In this document: positions 19,950 to 34,377 of the stretch, piece after piece
How the letters are laid out: each line of letters starts with the position of its first letter
How positions within the stretch are numbered: the first letter of the stretch is position 1
NCBI GenBank assembly: GCA_963708805.1
Contig: CAVPUA010000003.1
Span: forward strand, 750,455-814,454
Reading direction: 5' to 3'
Origin: an uncultured Actinomycetes bacterium
Lineage (GTDB): Bacteria > Actinomycetota > Actinomycetes > Mycobacteriales > Jatrophihabitantaceae
Length of the DNA stretch: 64,000 bases
Notes under the pieces: generated by a model
What the model saw: the letters and a program-made list of their open reading frames with translations, nothing else
What the model was told of the DNA's origin: nothing
The model's database searches: none
Translations under genes and position numbers: made by a program

Positions 19950-21005
19950 CTACGGTCGAATGCTGACCGCCGCGGTCATCGCGGCCAGCCGTTCGCGCGG
20001 GCCGCACAGGATCACGTGTTCGGTGTTGCGGGTGTGGCTGACCGCCCCGACCTTCTCACCGGACGGATTGAAGATCCCGATCAGCGCGCCGACGTAGCGC
20101 TTCGAGTCGAACGACAACACCTCGACCGTCTCGCCCCGGGCCAGGCACATCTCGACGAGGGCGTCGAGTCCGACGAACCCCTCGTTCGAGAAGCTGACCA
20201 CCAGCACGTCGGCGTCCACGGTCTTGATCACCCGCGCCAGGGCGTCGGGCATCTCGCGGGTGGCGTTGAAGACGCTCTTGGTCTCGGCCTCGCGGCTGTC
20301 GGCCCGCTTGCAGGCGATGCCGTAGTACTCGGGCTCGTCCCAGCGGATCAGCGTCTCCCACACGTGGTAGTTCGTGAAGTACCGGTGCTGGTTGTACGGC
20401 GGGTCGAGATAGGCCAACCCGACGTGCGGCAACCGGTCGACGAGCGCGAGGGCATCCCCGCGGATGGCCGTGCCCGCCCCCGGCGTCAACACGGGGGACT
20501 TGAGGCGCAGTTCGCGGTTCGCCCGCGGCGCCCATTGCTTGAGGTAGGCCATCTGCAGCCCGACCGTCGAGTCGACGGCGTCGGCGGCCTCCATCAGCGA
20601 GGTCAGCAGCACCGGGCGCAGCCAGCTGTCGCCGTACAGCTCGTCGATGCCGTTGCGGATCGCGTCGACCCGCATGCCGTTCTTGGGCTGGAAGTAGCGG
20701 GCCTGCTCGCAGAACGTCCGGGTGAAGTAGCCCCGGACAGGTGGCAGCGCCTCGAGCCGCGCAAGGGCATCGTCGATCTCGCCGACATCGACAGTGTCGG
20801 CGTCCAGTTCGACGTAGCACTGGGCCAGCACCTCGCTGTACGTGGCGAGGTCGGTCGCGGTGACCTCGCCACCCTGCCGGCAGAACTCCTGCGCCACCCG
20901 CGTCGTGCCGGTGAACAGGTCGAGTGCGGTGGTGGCCCCGCTGGCCCGGAACAGCGCGCCGAGGGTGGGCACGAGCACGCGCTTGCTGCCGAGGTACTTG
21001 ATCAC
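19950..21005 (-). CDS. D12-class (Dam-like) N6-adenine DNA methyltransferase, orphan
   Basis: Intact 351-aa ORF. N-terminal KYLGSKR, the SAM-binding region and catalytic DPPY (YLDPPYNQH) are all present. No adjacent nuclease gene. Confidence 0.8.
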   Translation of the reverse strand: MIKYLGSKRVLVPTLGALFRASGATTALDLFTGTTRVAQEFCRQGGEVTATDLATYSEVLAQCYVELDADTVDVGEIDDALARLEALPPVRGYFTRTFCEQARYFQPKNGMRVDAIRNGIDELYGDSWLRPVLLTSLMEAADAVDSTVGLQMAYLKQWAPRANRELRLKSPVLTPGAGTAIRGDALALVDRLPHVGLAYLDPPYNQHRYFTNYHVWETLIRWDEPEYYGIACKRADSREAETKSVFNATREMPDALARVIKTVDADVLVVSFSNEGFVGLDALVEMCLARGETVEVLSFDSKRYVGALIGIFNPSGEKVGAVSHTRNTEHVILCGPRERLAAMTAAVSIRP

Positions 21006-21116
21006 CGCCGACCACCCATCGCCCCATCATCGACCGCTCCGCTGCCCGGGGTTGACAGCACGCGCCCGAGCCGTCATATTTAACCCATCAGCTAAATAAC
21101 CAAGAGGTTAAATGCG

Positions 21117-21458
21117 ATGGCAGAAGATCGGCTCAGCGTCATCTTCGCGGCGTTGGCGGACCCCACCCGCCGGGCGATCCTGGCCCGGCTCTCCGAGGGC
21201 GACGCCACCGTCACCGAACTGGCCGAGCCGTTCTCGATCAGCCTGCCGGCGATCTCGCGGCACCTGAAGGTGCTCGAGCACGCGGGGCTGATCTCGCGCA
21301 GCCGCTCGGCCCAGTGGCGTTCGAGCCGGCTCGAGGCGGGGCCGTTGCGCGAGGCCGTCGGCTGGATGGAGCACTACCGGCAGTTCTGGGACACCAATCT
21401 CGACCGGCTCGACGCACATCTGCGCCGGCTCACCAACTCCGAAGGGACGACGAAATGA
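21117..21458 (+). CDS. ArsR/SmtB-family transcriptional regulator
   Basis: ADPTRRAILARL...ELAEPFSISLPAISRHLKVLEHAGLI HTH. The stop overlaps the next start (ATGA). Confidence 0.85.
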   Translation: MAEDRLSVIFAALADPTRRAILARLSEGDATVTELAEPFSISLPAISRHLKVLEHAGLISRSRSAQWRSSRLEAGPLREAVGWMEHYRQFWDTNLDRLDAHLRRLTNSEGTTK

Positions 21459-21906
21459 GCGATCAGGAACTGGTCATGACCCGCGTCTTCGACGCGCCGC
21501 GCGAACTCGTCTATCGCGCGTTCACCGACGAGGACCAGCTGGCCCAGTGGTTCGGTCCGGTCGGGTGGTCGGTGCCGCGCGACTCCGTGTCGGTCGACGC
21601 TCGCGTCGGGGGGCCTACAACTTCACGATGGTCAACGACTCTGATCCGTCGCAGGCCTCACCGGTCACCTCCACGTTCACCGAGGTGATCGAGAACGAGT
21701 TGCTGGTCGGGCGGGAGAACGTCGAAGGTATCCCCGGCTTCGAGGGCGTCGTCGAGATGTATCTGCGGCTGGAGTTTCACGACGAGGACGACGGCAAGAC
21801 CCGCCTCGAACTGCGTCAGGGCCCGTACTCGGCCGAGATGGAAGGCAACGCCCGTGAGGGTTGGGGCAGCTCGTTCACCAAGCTCGACGCGCTGCTGGCG
21901 GGCTGA
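21455..21906 (+). pseudogene. SRPBCC/AHSA1-domain protein, frame-disrupted at a G6 homopolymer
   Basis: The N-terminal part (frame 21455..) and C-terminal part (frame ending 21906) are both AHSA1-like. The frame switch is at the GGGGGG run at about 21610. Commonly co-transcribed with ArsR. Confidence 0.65.
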
Positions 21907-21947
21907 GCGATGGCCAGGCGCGCCTGCCGTCCGCCTAAGGTGAGCGC

Positions 21948-22358
21948 ATGTTCAACGCCGCCGCGCGCGCTCTGCTCGAGTCGAGTGCCCTCGCCCAGCT
22001 GATCACGATCAACGCCGATGGCAGCCCGCAGGTCAGCGGTGTCTGGATCGGACTCGACGGTGACGAGCTGCTCGTCGGGTCACTGCCCAAGCGGGTCAAG
22101 GTCACCAATGTCGAGCGTGATCCGCGGGTGGTGGTCGTCGTCCAGTCGCCGACCAAGAGTGCCCGCAACCTGGACGAGTACCTGGTGGTTCACGGGCAGG
22201 CCCGCATCACCGAGGGGGGCGCCCCCGAACTCCTGCAAGAGCTGGCCCACGTCTACCTCGGTCCGGACGCCGTGTTCCCGGGCCCGGACGCGCCGCCCGG
22301 CTACATCTTCCGCATCACGCCCGAGAAGGTCCTCGGCGAAGGCGCCTGGACGAGCTAG
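21948..22358 (+). CDS. PPOX-class probable F420-dependent oxidoreductase
   Basis: Intact 136-aa ORF with a pyridoxamine 5'-phosphate oxidase-like fold (ITINADGSPQVSGVWIG...). Confidence 0.7.
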   Translation: MFNAAARALLESSALAQLITINADGSPQVSGVWIGLDGDELLVGSLPKRVKVTNVERDPRVVVVVQSPTKSARNLDEYLVVHGQARITEGGAPELLQELAHVYLGPDAVFPGPDAPPGYIFRITPEKVLGEGAWTS

Positions 22359-22365
22359 GCCGGGG

Positions 22366-23184
22366 CTAGTCGGTCTTGCGGCGCACACCGAGCAGGATGT
22401 CGTCCCACGCCGGGATCTGCTGACGACCCGAGCGCTTCGCCGGCTCGGCCAGCCGCAACGGCAGCGGGGGCGCGTCGGTGAGCGAGTCGGCCTCCTGGTC
22501 GAAGACCTCCTCGACGACCGGATCGGGCAGCGGACCGGTGTCGCCCTCGCTCGTCGGCTCGATGGCCGGCACGGCGTGCACCACCGGCCGGATGGGACGG
22601 TCGGAGAGCAGGTCGCCCGCGGTCTCGTCCAGCGGGGTGACGAGGCGGTGGGTCAGCGAGACGGCCCAGCGGGCGATGCGTTCGGAGTCGCCGCCGAGCC
22701 AGCCGGCCGAGACGACCCACACCGAGTCCTCGCGGCGGTAGGAGTCCCACGTCACGGACTCCGGGTCGATGCCGTGGGCAAGGAACCGGCTGTCGACGGA
22801 CTCACCGAACGGGACGAGCTGACCTTCGGCGGTGCTGCGCCGGGCGCGGGCGCGCCGGGCCTCGACGGTGATGCGAGCGCGCTCGTCGATCACCGGACGG
22901 GCGAAGCGCATGACCTTGTCCAGCGCCATGCCGGAGCTCTCGGCGATCGACTCGGCGCTCTCGCCTCGCCGCGCACGAACCTGGATCTCGCGCGGCGGCA
23001 GCGAGGGCACCGACACGACCGGAACGGGCGGGACGGTGTCGGGGGTGGGATCGTCCGAGTCGCTGCCGTCCACCGCCCTCAACTCCTCCCCGATCTCCAG
23101 GCTGAACTGCTCGTCACCGTCGACGGTCTCGACTACGACGTGATCTGCATCGGCTCCCGGGCCGACGAAGCGCAGTTCTCGCAT
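22366..23184 (-). CDS. DUF3071-domain protein (SepH-like), acidic/Pro-rich C-terminus
   Basis: The start is taken at internal ATG MRELRF. The conserved DUF3071 HTH block is REIQVRARRGESAESIAESSGMALDKVMRFARPVIDE. Confidence 0.55.
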   Translation of the reverse strand: MRELRFVGPGADADHVVVETVDGDEQFSLEIGEELRAVDGSDSDDPTPDTVPPVPVVSVPSLPPREIQVRARRGESAESIAESSGMALDKVMRFARPVIDERARITVEARRARARRSTAEGQLVPFGESVDSRFLAHGIDPESVTWDSYRREDSVWVVSAGWLGGDSERIARWAVSLTHRLVTPLDETAGDLLSDRPIRPVVHAVPAIEPTSEGDTGPLPDPVVEEVFDQEADSLTDAPPLPLRLAEPAKRSGRQQIPAWDDILLGVRRKTD

Positions 23185-23252
23185 GTGCGAACGATAGGAG
23201 CCAGAACGTCTGATTCCGTGGAGCACACGCCGTCCGCGGCCGGGAGGAGCAG

Positions 23253-24364
<1,112 letters not shown>

Positions 24365-24396
24365 CCGCGGATTGTTTCACCCGCGGGCGAGGGAGT

Positions 24397-24678
24397 TCAG
24401 GCAGCGCTGCGCTTGCGGCCCTTCGGCGCGGTCGGGGCCGCTGGCTCGTCCGCGACGGCCACCATCGGCTTGGCCGCGCGGATGTCGTCCAGGCCGAGGC
24501 CGAGCATGTCGAGCAGGGTGCGCGCGTCCGAGGTGTCGCGCGCGGCGCCCGCGATCACCAGGACCGCGGCCCGGCGCTGGTCGGCATGCTGCTCCGCCTC
24601 GAGCTGCGCGCGGGCGGTCTCGTGCTCCGAGACCGAGGGCTCGGACCAGGGGCTGGAAAGTGTGGTGGCTGCTGTCAT
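24397..24678 (-). CDS. hypothetical protein
   Basis: Intact 93-aa ORF. It is divergent from the GNAT gene, and the two share an AT-richer intergenic region. Confidence 0.35.
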   Translation of the reverse strand: MTAATTLSSPWSEPSVSEHETARAQLEAEQHADQRRAAVLVIAGAARDTSDARTLLDMLGLGLDDIRAAKPMVAVADEPAAPTAPKGRKRSAA

Positions 24679-24806
24679 GTCGCACCGTCTACCCAGTGGT
24701 TTCGGCGTTCAAACACGACACAGCGAAAACTTTCTTGATCCCAAGTTTTGCCTCGATGCGACGCCGTGGTCACGGGGCCGAAATGTGGTGGCGTCAGGGT
24801 GGCGTT

Positions 24807-25473
24807 ATGAAGTCATCTTCCGCGGCGTTCGCCGCCTGCCTGCCCTCGGTTCGGCCTCTGCCGGCGATCGTGTCGTCCGTTACCCGTGCGCCGAGCGAGG
24901 GCGGCTCGCGCCATCGCGCCCTGGCCGGTGCCGCCCAGCAGTCGTGGCGGCTGCGCGCCGGCGGCCGGTCGCTGCTCGTCCGCCAGGCGACGTCGCGCGA
25001 CCTCGAAGGGGTGGCCGGCCTGCACCGGCGGTCGTCGGCGGGCAGCCTGCTCGAGCGTTACCGCCTCGGCGGACGCGCGCCCTCGGTGATCGCGGTCGCA
25101 CAGTTGCTGCGCAGCCCGCTGGCGTTCGTCGCGGTCGAGCGTTCGCGGCGCCGTGATCGCGTTGGCGGTCGCGCAGGGCGACGCGCACCACGGGCCGAAC
25201 TCCGCCCAGGTCGGTGTGCTGGTCGAGGACGCCCACCAGGGACTCGGCATCGGCCGCGAGATGCTGGCGCAGGTGTCGGGTGCCGCGCTGGTGGCCGGCT
25301 ACGACGAACTGATCGCCTATCCGGGCGAGTCGGTGATCCCGGCGGCGGCGTTCATGGCCAAGACCGGCTCGACGCGCATCGTGTCCGACCCCGAGGTCGC
25401 CCACCTGCACACGCTCATCCCCGCGGTCGCCGCCCTGGGTATCGGCGCGGTTCGCGAGCGGCTGGCCGGCTGA
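24807..25473 (+). pseudogene. GNAT-family N-acetyltransferase, frame-disrupted
   Basis: The N-terminal part (MKSSSAAF...) is in frame 23730..25484. The acetyl-CoA-binding part (VLVEDAHQGLGIGREML) is in frame 25153..25473. Confidence 0.55.
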
Positions 25474-25485
25474 TCACCGCGTAGG

Positions 25486-26302
25486 TCAGCTCGGCCGGAC
25501 GGCGTCCCAGTCGACGGTGAGTTCGCCGAGCCGCCATCGGGAGCGGCCACCGCGCACCGGCCAATCGGTTCGAAGGCGCTCGCACGTCGCGATCCAGCGT
25601 TGCCGCGGGCCGAACGGGCTCAGCGGGGCCGCGGCGTCCCAGGCGGCGTCGAGGTCGCGCAGCAGCCGGTTGACGGGCTGGCCGGCGACGTTGTGGTGGA
25701 TCAGCGCCTTCGGCAGTCGTTCGGCCAGCGCGCTCGGACGGGGCAGGTCGGTCAGCCGCGCGGCCAGGGTGACCGTGCGCGGGCCGGTCTCGTCCAACAG
25801 CACCCAGGCCGCCCGCCGGCCGATCTCGTCGCAGGTCCCCTCGACGAGCAGTCCGCCCGGCGCGAGGTGGCTGCACATCGTCACCCAGGCGTCGGCCGCG
25901 GCCGCCTCGTCGTACTGCCGCAGCACGTTGGCGGCCCGGACCAGGGCGGGCCGGTGCCCGGCGAACTCGAAGCCGCCATGGGCGAAGTTCAGCCTCGGCG
26001 GATCGGCACGGGGGCGGGCAGCCGCCACCCGGTCCGGATCGATCTCCAGGCCGAGCACCCGGACGTCCGGGCGAACCCGGCTCAACCGCTGCAGGAGCTC
26101 GACCGTCGTCACGGCCGACGCGCCGAAGCCGAGGTCGACGACCAGCGCGGCTGGCGGGCAGCGTCGGGCCGAGGGTGGCCGCGATCCAGCGATCCATGCG
26201 CCGCAGCCGGTTGGGGTTGGTCGTGCCGCGCGTCGCCACGCCGAGCGCGCGCGCCCGGCCGGCGGCCAGCCGCGGCGGGCGCGAACGCGACGGCTCGGGC
26301 AC
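25486..26302 (-). pseudogene. class I SAM-dependent methyltransferase, frame-disrupted
   Basis: Motif I VVDLGFGASAV and downstream regions are in frame 25486..27303. The N-terminus (MPEPSRS...RLRRMDRWIAATLGP) is in another frame. Divergent from murB. Confidence 0.55.
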
Positions 26303-26326
26303 CGTCGAACGGTAGCCTCGCCCGTC

Positions 26327-27366
26327 ATGGACCTGCGGCTCTCCGACGTCACGACGCTGCGGCTGGGTGGCCCCGCCGCGCGCGTCGTCGAGGCCGCGTC
26401 CACCGACGAACTCGTCGATGCCGTCCGCACCGCCGATTCGCGCGCTGAACCGGCACTGATCGTCAGCGGCGGCAGCAACCTGCTGGTGGCCGACGACGGG
26501 TGGCCGGGCGTCGTCATCCTCGTCCGCACGCGAGGGGTCGAGGTGGCCGGAAGGCACGGGTGACGGCGGCGGCGGGCGAACCGTGGGACGAGCTGGTGGC
26601 GACCACCGTCGAGCGGGGCTGGTCCGGGCTGGCCGCGATGAGCGGCATCCCGGGGCTGACCGGTGCCACGCCGATCCAGAACGTCGGCGCCTACGGCAGC
26701 GAGGTCTCGGACTCGATCACCTCGCTCACCGTCCTCGACCGCGCGAGCGGGTCGGTCGAGACGTGGGATCCGGCCCGCTTCGGCTTCGGCTTCCGGACCA
26801 GCGCCTTCAAGCACACCGACCGGTTCGTGGTGCTGGACGTCAGCTTCGCGCTCGATCACTCCGAGCTCTCGGTGCCCGTCCGCTATCTCGAACTCGCGCG
26901 GCGGCTGGGCATCGGGCCGGGCGAACGAGCCCCGTCGGCCCGGGTGCGCGAGGTCGTCCTGGAGCTGCGGCGAAGCAAGGGCATGCTGCTCGACGCGTCC
27001 GATCACGACACCTGGAGCGTCGGGTCGTTCTTCGTCAACCCGTTCGTCGAGCCGGACCTCGTGCCTGCCGACAGCCCGCACTGGGAGGTCGACGGCCAGA
27101 TGAAGCTCTCGGCCGCCTGGCTCATCGAGCAGGCCGGCTTCACCCGGGGCTACGGCAACGACCGCGTGCGGGTGTCGACCAAGCACACCCTGGCGCTGAC
27201 GAACCGCGGGACGGCGACGACGGCCGATCTGCTGGAGCTGGCCGCCGAGATCCGCGCCGGGGTCGAGGCCCGCTTCGGCATCCGGCTGCGCCCCGAGGCG
27301 CACCTCGCCGGCGTCGACCTTCTGATGACGCTGATTTCGTTGCGCAACGCCGCAGATTCTTCGTAA
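26327..27366 (+). pseudogene. murB: UDP-N-acetylenolpyruvoylglucosamine reductase MurB, frame-disrupted
   Basis: The FAD-binding N-terminus (MDLRLSDVTTLRLGGPA...GGSNLLV) is in frame 25517..26563. The C-terminus is in frame 26500..27366. There is a 1-nt shift at about 26545. Confidence 0.8.
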
Positions 27367-27450
27367 TCCGTTGTAGATGGACTAGTTTGCTGCGTGTAGC
27401 GTCTTCCTCAGATCAGCTGGTGACCAGACTTCGGCAGGAGCGTGCTCACG

Positions 27451-28881
27451 GTGCGGACGGTTCAGAACTTCATCAACGGCGAACTGGTCGACTCGGCCAG
27501 CGGCAGGCGCGCCGACCTCATCGACCCGTCCACGGGCGAGATCTTCGGATCGGCGCCGGTATCGGACGAGCACGACGTCGACCGTCGCCTACCGGGCCGC
27601 GTCCACTGCGTTCGAGGACTGGCGCGACACCACGCCCAGCGACCGTCAGCGGGCGCTGCTGAAGTTCGCCGACGCGCTCGAGGCCCGCAGCGAGGAGATC
27701 GTGGCGGCCGAGTGCGAGAACACCGGCAAGCCGATCGCGATGACGACGACGCGAGGAGATGCCGCCCGCGCTCGACCAGATCCGCTTCTTCGCCGGGCGC
27801 CGCTCGGCTGCTCGAAGGCCGCAGCGCCGGCGAGTACATGGCCGGCCACACGTCCTACGTCCGCCGCGAGCCGGTCGGTGTCGTCGGGCAGGTCGCGCCC
27901 TGGAACTACCCGATGATGATGGCGGTCTGGAAGTTCGCCCCGGCGCTCGCGGCCGGCAACTGCGTCGTGCTCAAGCCGTCGGACACCACGCCGGTGTCGA
28001 GCTCGCTGATGGCCGAGATCGCCGGCGAGTTCTTCCCGCCCGGCGTCTTCAACGTCGTCTGCGGCGACCGCGACACCGGCCGGGCCGTGGTCTCGCACCC
28101 GACGCCGGCGATGGTGTCGATCACCGGCTCGACGCGGGCCGGCTACGAGGTGGCGGCGGCCGCGGCCAAGGACCTCAAGCGCACCCACCTCGAACTGGGC
28201 GGCAAGGCGCCGGTGATCGTCTTCGACGACGCCGACATCGAGAACGCGGCCGAGAACATCGCCGTCGCCGGCTACTTCAACGCCGGGCAGGACTGCACCG
28301 CCGCCACCCGCGTGCTGGTCGCGCCGCGCATCGCGGCCGACTTCGCCGACGCGCTGGCCGACCAGGCCCGCAACACCAAGATCGGCGCCCCGGACGAGGA
28401 CGACATCCTCTACGGGCCGCTGAACAACGCCAGCCAGCTCGAGCGGGTCGGCGGCATGATCAGCCGACTGCCCGATCACGCCCGGGTGCTGGCCGGCGGC
28501 GCCCGCAAGGGCGACGCGCGGCTACTTCTGGGAGCCGACGGTCGTCTCGGACCTGCGCCAGGACGACGAGGTGATCCAGGACGAGATCTTCGGCCCGGTG
28601 ATCACGATCCAGCAGTTCACCGACGAGGACGAGGCGGTGGCCTGGGCCAACGGCGTCGAGTACGGCCTGGCGTCCAGCGTCTGGACGAAGGACCACGGCC
28701 GGGCGATGCGGGTGTCGCGGCGCCTGGACTTCGGCTGCGTCTGGGTCAACTGCCACATCCCGATCGTGGCCGAGATGCCGCACGGCGGGTTCAAGCACTC
28801 GGGCTACGGCAAGGACCTCTCGATCTACGGGCTCGAGGACTACACCCGGATCAAGCACGTCATGCACAACATCGACTTCTG
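27451..28881 (+). pseudogene. NAD-dependent aldehyde dehydrogenase (aminobutyraldehyde/succinate-semialdehyde DH-like), multiply frame-disrupted
   Basis: ALDH motifs (VLKPS, ELGGKAP, active-site Cys region GQDCTAA) lie across frames 27442.., 27759.. and 28571..28882. Confidence 0.75.
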
Positions 28882-28923
28882 AGCGACCCGATTCGGCCAC
28901 CGCCTACGAATAGCATTCGGCCC

Positions 28924-29163
28924 ATGAGTCACACCGTTGCCGCCGAGTTGGTCGCCAGCGTCTTCCAGGTCGTCGCGGCGGTCGGCCAGCGGGTCGAGCC
29001 GACCGACACGCTGGTGATCCTGGAGTCGATGAAGATGGAGATCCCGGTGCTGGCCGAGGTGTCCGGGCTGGTCGTCGAGATCGCCGTGCAGCAGGGCGAC
29101 AACATCAGCGAAGGCGACGTCATCGCGGTCATCGAACCCGGCGTGAGAAGAGGAGCAGCATGA
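28924..29163 (+). CDS. small biotin/lipoyl-attachment-domain protein (TB7.3-like biotinylated protein)
   Basis: 79-aa product with the biotinylation motif ESMKMEIP. Confidence 0.65.
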   Translation: MSHTVAAELVASVFQVVAAVGQRVEPTDTLVILESMKMEIPVLAEVSGLVVEIAVQQGDNISEGDVIAVIEPGVRRGAA

Positions 29164-30499
29164 CCGTTGAGCAGAAGCGCGTCCTGGCCACCGAGATCCC
29201 CGGCCCGCGCTCGAAGGAGCTGCACGCCGCGAAAGCTAGGTGCAGTAGCCAGCGGCGTCGGCACGACGCTGCCGATCTACGTCGAGCGGGCCGGCGGCGG
29301 CATCGTCGTCGACGTCGACGGCAACCAGCTGATCGACTTCGGCTCGGGCATCGCCGTCACCGGCGGTCGGCAACGCCGCGCCGCGGGTCGTCGAGCGCGT
29401 GCGCGAGCAGGTCGCCGACTTCACCCACACCTGCTTCATGGTCACGCCCTACGAGGAGTACGTCGCGGTCGCCGAGAAGCTCAACGAGCTGACGCCCGGG
29501 ACGCACGAGAAGCGTTCGGCCCTGTTCAACTCCGGCGCCGAGGCGGTCGAGAACGCGATCAAGATCGCCCGCCACCACACCGGACGCGCAGGCCGTGGTC
29601 GCGTTCGATCACGCCTACCACGGGCGCACCAACCTGACGATGGCACTGACCGCGAAGAACATGCCCTACAAGGACGGCTTCGGGCCGTTCGCGGGCGAGA
29701 TCTACCGCGTCCGATGGCCTACCCCTACCGCTGGCCGACCGGCCCGAGAACTGCGCGGACGAGGCCTTCGCGGCGTTCACGTCGCTGGTGCATGCGCAGG
29801 TCGGCGAGACGAACACGGCTGCGGTGATCATCGAGCCGATCCAGGGCGAGGGCGGGTTCATCGTGCCGCCGCCCGGCTTCCTGCGCCCGCGTGGCCGAGT
29901 GGTGCACCGAGAACGGCATCGTGTTCATCGCCGACGAGATCCAGACCGGGTTCTGCCGGACGGGCGACTGGTTCGCCTGCGATCACGAGGGGTTCGCCCC
30001 CGACCTGATCACCACCGCCAAGGGCATCGCCGGTGGCCTGCCGTTGGCCGGGGTCACCGGCCGGGCCGAGATGATGGACGCCGTCCACGTCGGGGGGCTC
30101 GGCGGCACGTACGGCGGCAACCCGGTGGCCTGCGCCGCCGCGCTCGGCTCGATCGAGACGATGCAGGAACTGACGACCTGCCCGCGGCGGCCCGGCGGAT
30201 CGAGTCGATCATGGTGCCGCGGCTGACGGCGCTGGCCGAGAAGTACGACGCCATCGGCGACATCCGCGGGCCGGGGCGCCATGATCGCCGTCGAGCTGGT
30301 GTCCGACCGGGCGACCAAGACGCCCGACGCCGTGCTCACCGGCGCTGGTGTCGTCGGCCTGCCACCGCGAAGGACTGATCACGCTGACCGCGGGCACGTT
30401 CGGCAACGTGCTGCGGTTCCTGCCGCCGCTGGTGATCGGCGAGGACTTGCTCAACGAGGGTCTCGACATCCTGGAAGACGCCTTCGCCGCTAACGTCTA
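29160..30499 (+). pseudogene. gabT: 4-aminobutyrate aminotransferase GabT (class III PLP), heavily frame-disrupted
   Basis: Conserved blocks (IEPIQGEGGF, FIADEIQTGF.RTG, TTAKGIAGGLP, GTFGNVLRFLPPL) are distributed over at least six ORF-track frames between 29160 and 30499. Confidence 0.8.
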
Positions 30500-30769
30500 G
30501 TACTATGGTTCGTGATCTCGCGGCGGTCGGCTGCCTCGGCGTGCTGACCGTCGCCACCCGCGGCGCGGACGGCCCGGGCGAGGTGCAGGTGACCATCCGG
30601 GGCGCCACCGAGATCCTGATCGCCTAGTCCGACCACCCCCTGGCGAAGGGTGCTCGCGTACTCATCGTCGACGTACGTAGCTCGCGGACGGTTGACGTCG
30701 TACCGTCGGACACGCTGTTCTCGTCAGAACCGCGCAGTTTGGACTGATTGATCTAGCGGAAGGCGCGCC

Positions 30770-31922
30770 ATGTTCGGTTATCACGTCCCGGCCCCGGATG
30801 AGGCGATGCTGATCTCGGGCGGCAAGAGTGCGAAGAACTCGGCCGACACCCCGTTCCGCGTCGTCACCGGGCACGGCGCCTTCGTCCTGCCGTTCTTCCG
30901 CAAGGTGCGGTTCCTGACCCTGTCGATGGCCGAGGCCGAGGTCGAGGAGCGCTGCGTCACCAAGCAGGGCATCACCCTGAACGTCCGGGCCGTCATCGCC
31001 TTCAAGGTCGGCAACGACGCCGAGAGCATCGTCAACGCCGGCCAGCGCTTCCTGTCCGACCAGAACCAGATGTCGGTGCTGACCGGCCGGATCTTCGCCG
31101 GCCACCTGCGCTCGATCATCGGCTCGATGACGGTCGAAGAGATCGTCACCGAGCGGCAGAAGCTGGCCACCGAGGTCCTCGACGGTTCGAAGGAGGAGAT
31201 GGTCAAGATCGGCCTGATCGTCGACGCTCTGCAGATCCAGTCGATCGACGACGGCGACCTCGGCTACATCGCCAACATGGCCGCTGCCGCACAACGCCGC
31301 GATCCAGCGCCAGGCTCAGATCTCGCAGTCGCAGGCCCGCCAGCAGTCGGCCGAGGCCGAGCAGGAGTCCTTGCGCAAGCAGGCCGAGTACGCCCGGCGA
31401 GACGGCGATCGTCCAGGCGCAGTACAAGGCCGAGGTCGACCAGGCCCAGGCAGACGGCGGCCCAGGCCGGCCCGCTCGCCGCCGCCCAGGCCCAGCAGGC
31501 GGTGCTGGCCGAGCAGGCGCTCGTCGCCCAGAAGAACGCCGACCTGCGCCAGCAGCAGCTGGTCGCCGAGGTCATCAAGCCGGCCGAGGCCGAGGCCGAG
31601 CGGGTCCGCGTGCTGGCCAAGGCCGACGCCGAGCGCATCCGGATCCAGGCCGAGGCGGCCGCGTCGCACAACCGGGTGGCGCTCGACCGGATGCTCATCG
31701 ACCAGCTGCCGCAGATCGTGCGCGAGGCCTCGGCCGGGCTGCAGGGCGCGAACGTCAACATCCTCAACGGCGCTACCGGACTCGGCGAGATGGCGGCCAG
31801 CCTGGTCGGGCAGGGGCTGACGATCTTCGAGTCGATCCGCGGCAACCTGGGCCAGCCGGACGAGGACATCCCCGACGAGCCCGAGCACCCCGCGCTGGGC
31901 AGCGGCGCCCGGCGGAGGCCTG
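30770..31922 (+). pseudogene. flotillin/SPFH (band-7) domain protein, frame-disrupted
   Basis: SPFH N-terminus and a long coiled-coil. One stretch (about 31290-31450) is out of frame, and the likely stop (TGA at 31920) is in a different frame from the 820-aa ORF. Confidence 0.65.
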
Positions 31923-31996
31923 AGCGGGTCGGCATATCGGCTCGTCCGGGCCGGTATCCTGGAGCCTCCGCGTTGGTTGGTGAAGGGATCAGGTCA

Positions 31997-34272
<2,276 letters not shown>

Positions 34273-34282
34273 GCTGGTCCGT

Positions 34283-34317
34283 GGACGGATGTGGCCACCA
34301 TCTGGCCATATCCGTCC
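34283..34317 (+). terminator. 15-bp-stem hairpin (one mismatch) immediately downstream of asd
   Basis: GGACGGATGTGGCCA ccatc TGGCCATATCCGTCC. There is no U-tract, which is common for actinobacterial terminators. Confidence 0.35.
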
Positions 34318-34377
34318 AAGCGCGTCGCTGTGGACAACTCTCGGCATGGCTGGGCGCACTTCCGGCAGCCTTCGTGA

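Noticed and set aside
25486-27303. 605-aa ORF on the minus strand
   Set aside because: Only the 3' 800 bp encodes a recognisable SAM methyltransferase. The rest is antisense to murB, which is clearly coding on the + strand.
34283-34317. The hairpin after asd as a mobile-element inverted repeat
   Set aside because: It is a single short palindrome with no flanking direct repeats or transposase. Interpreted as a terminator-type stem-loop instead.
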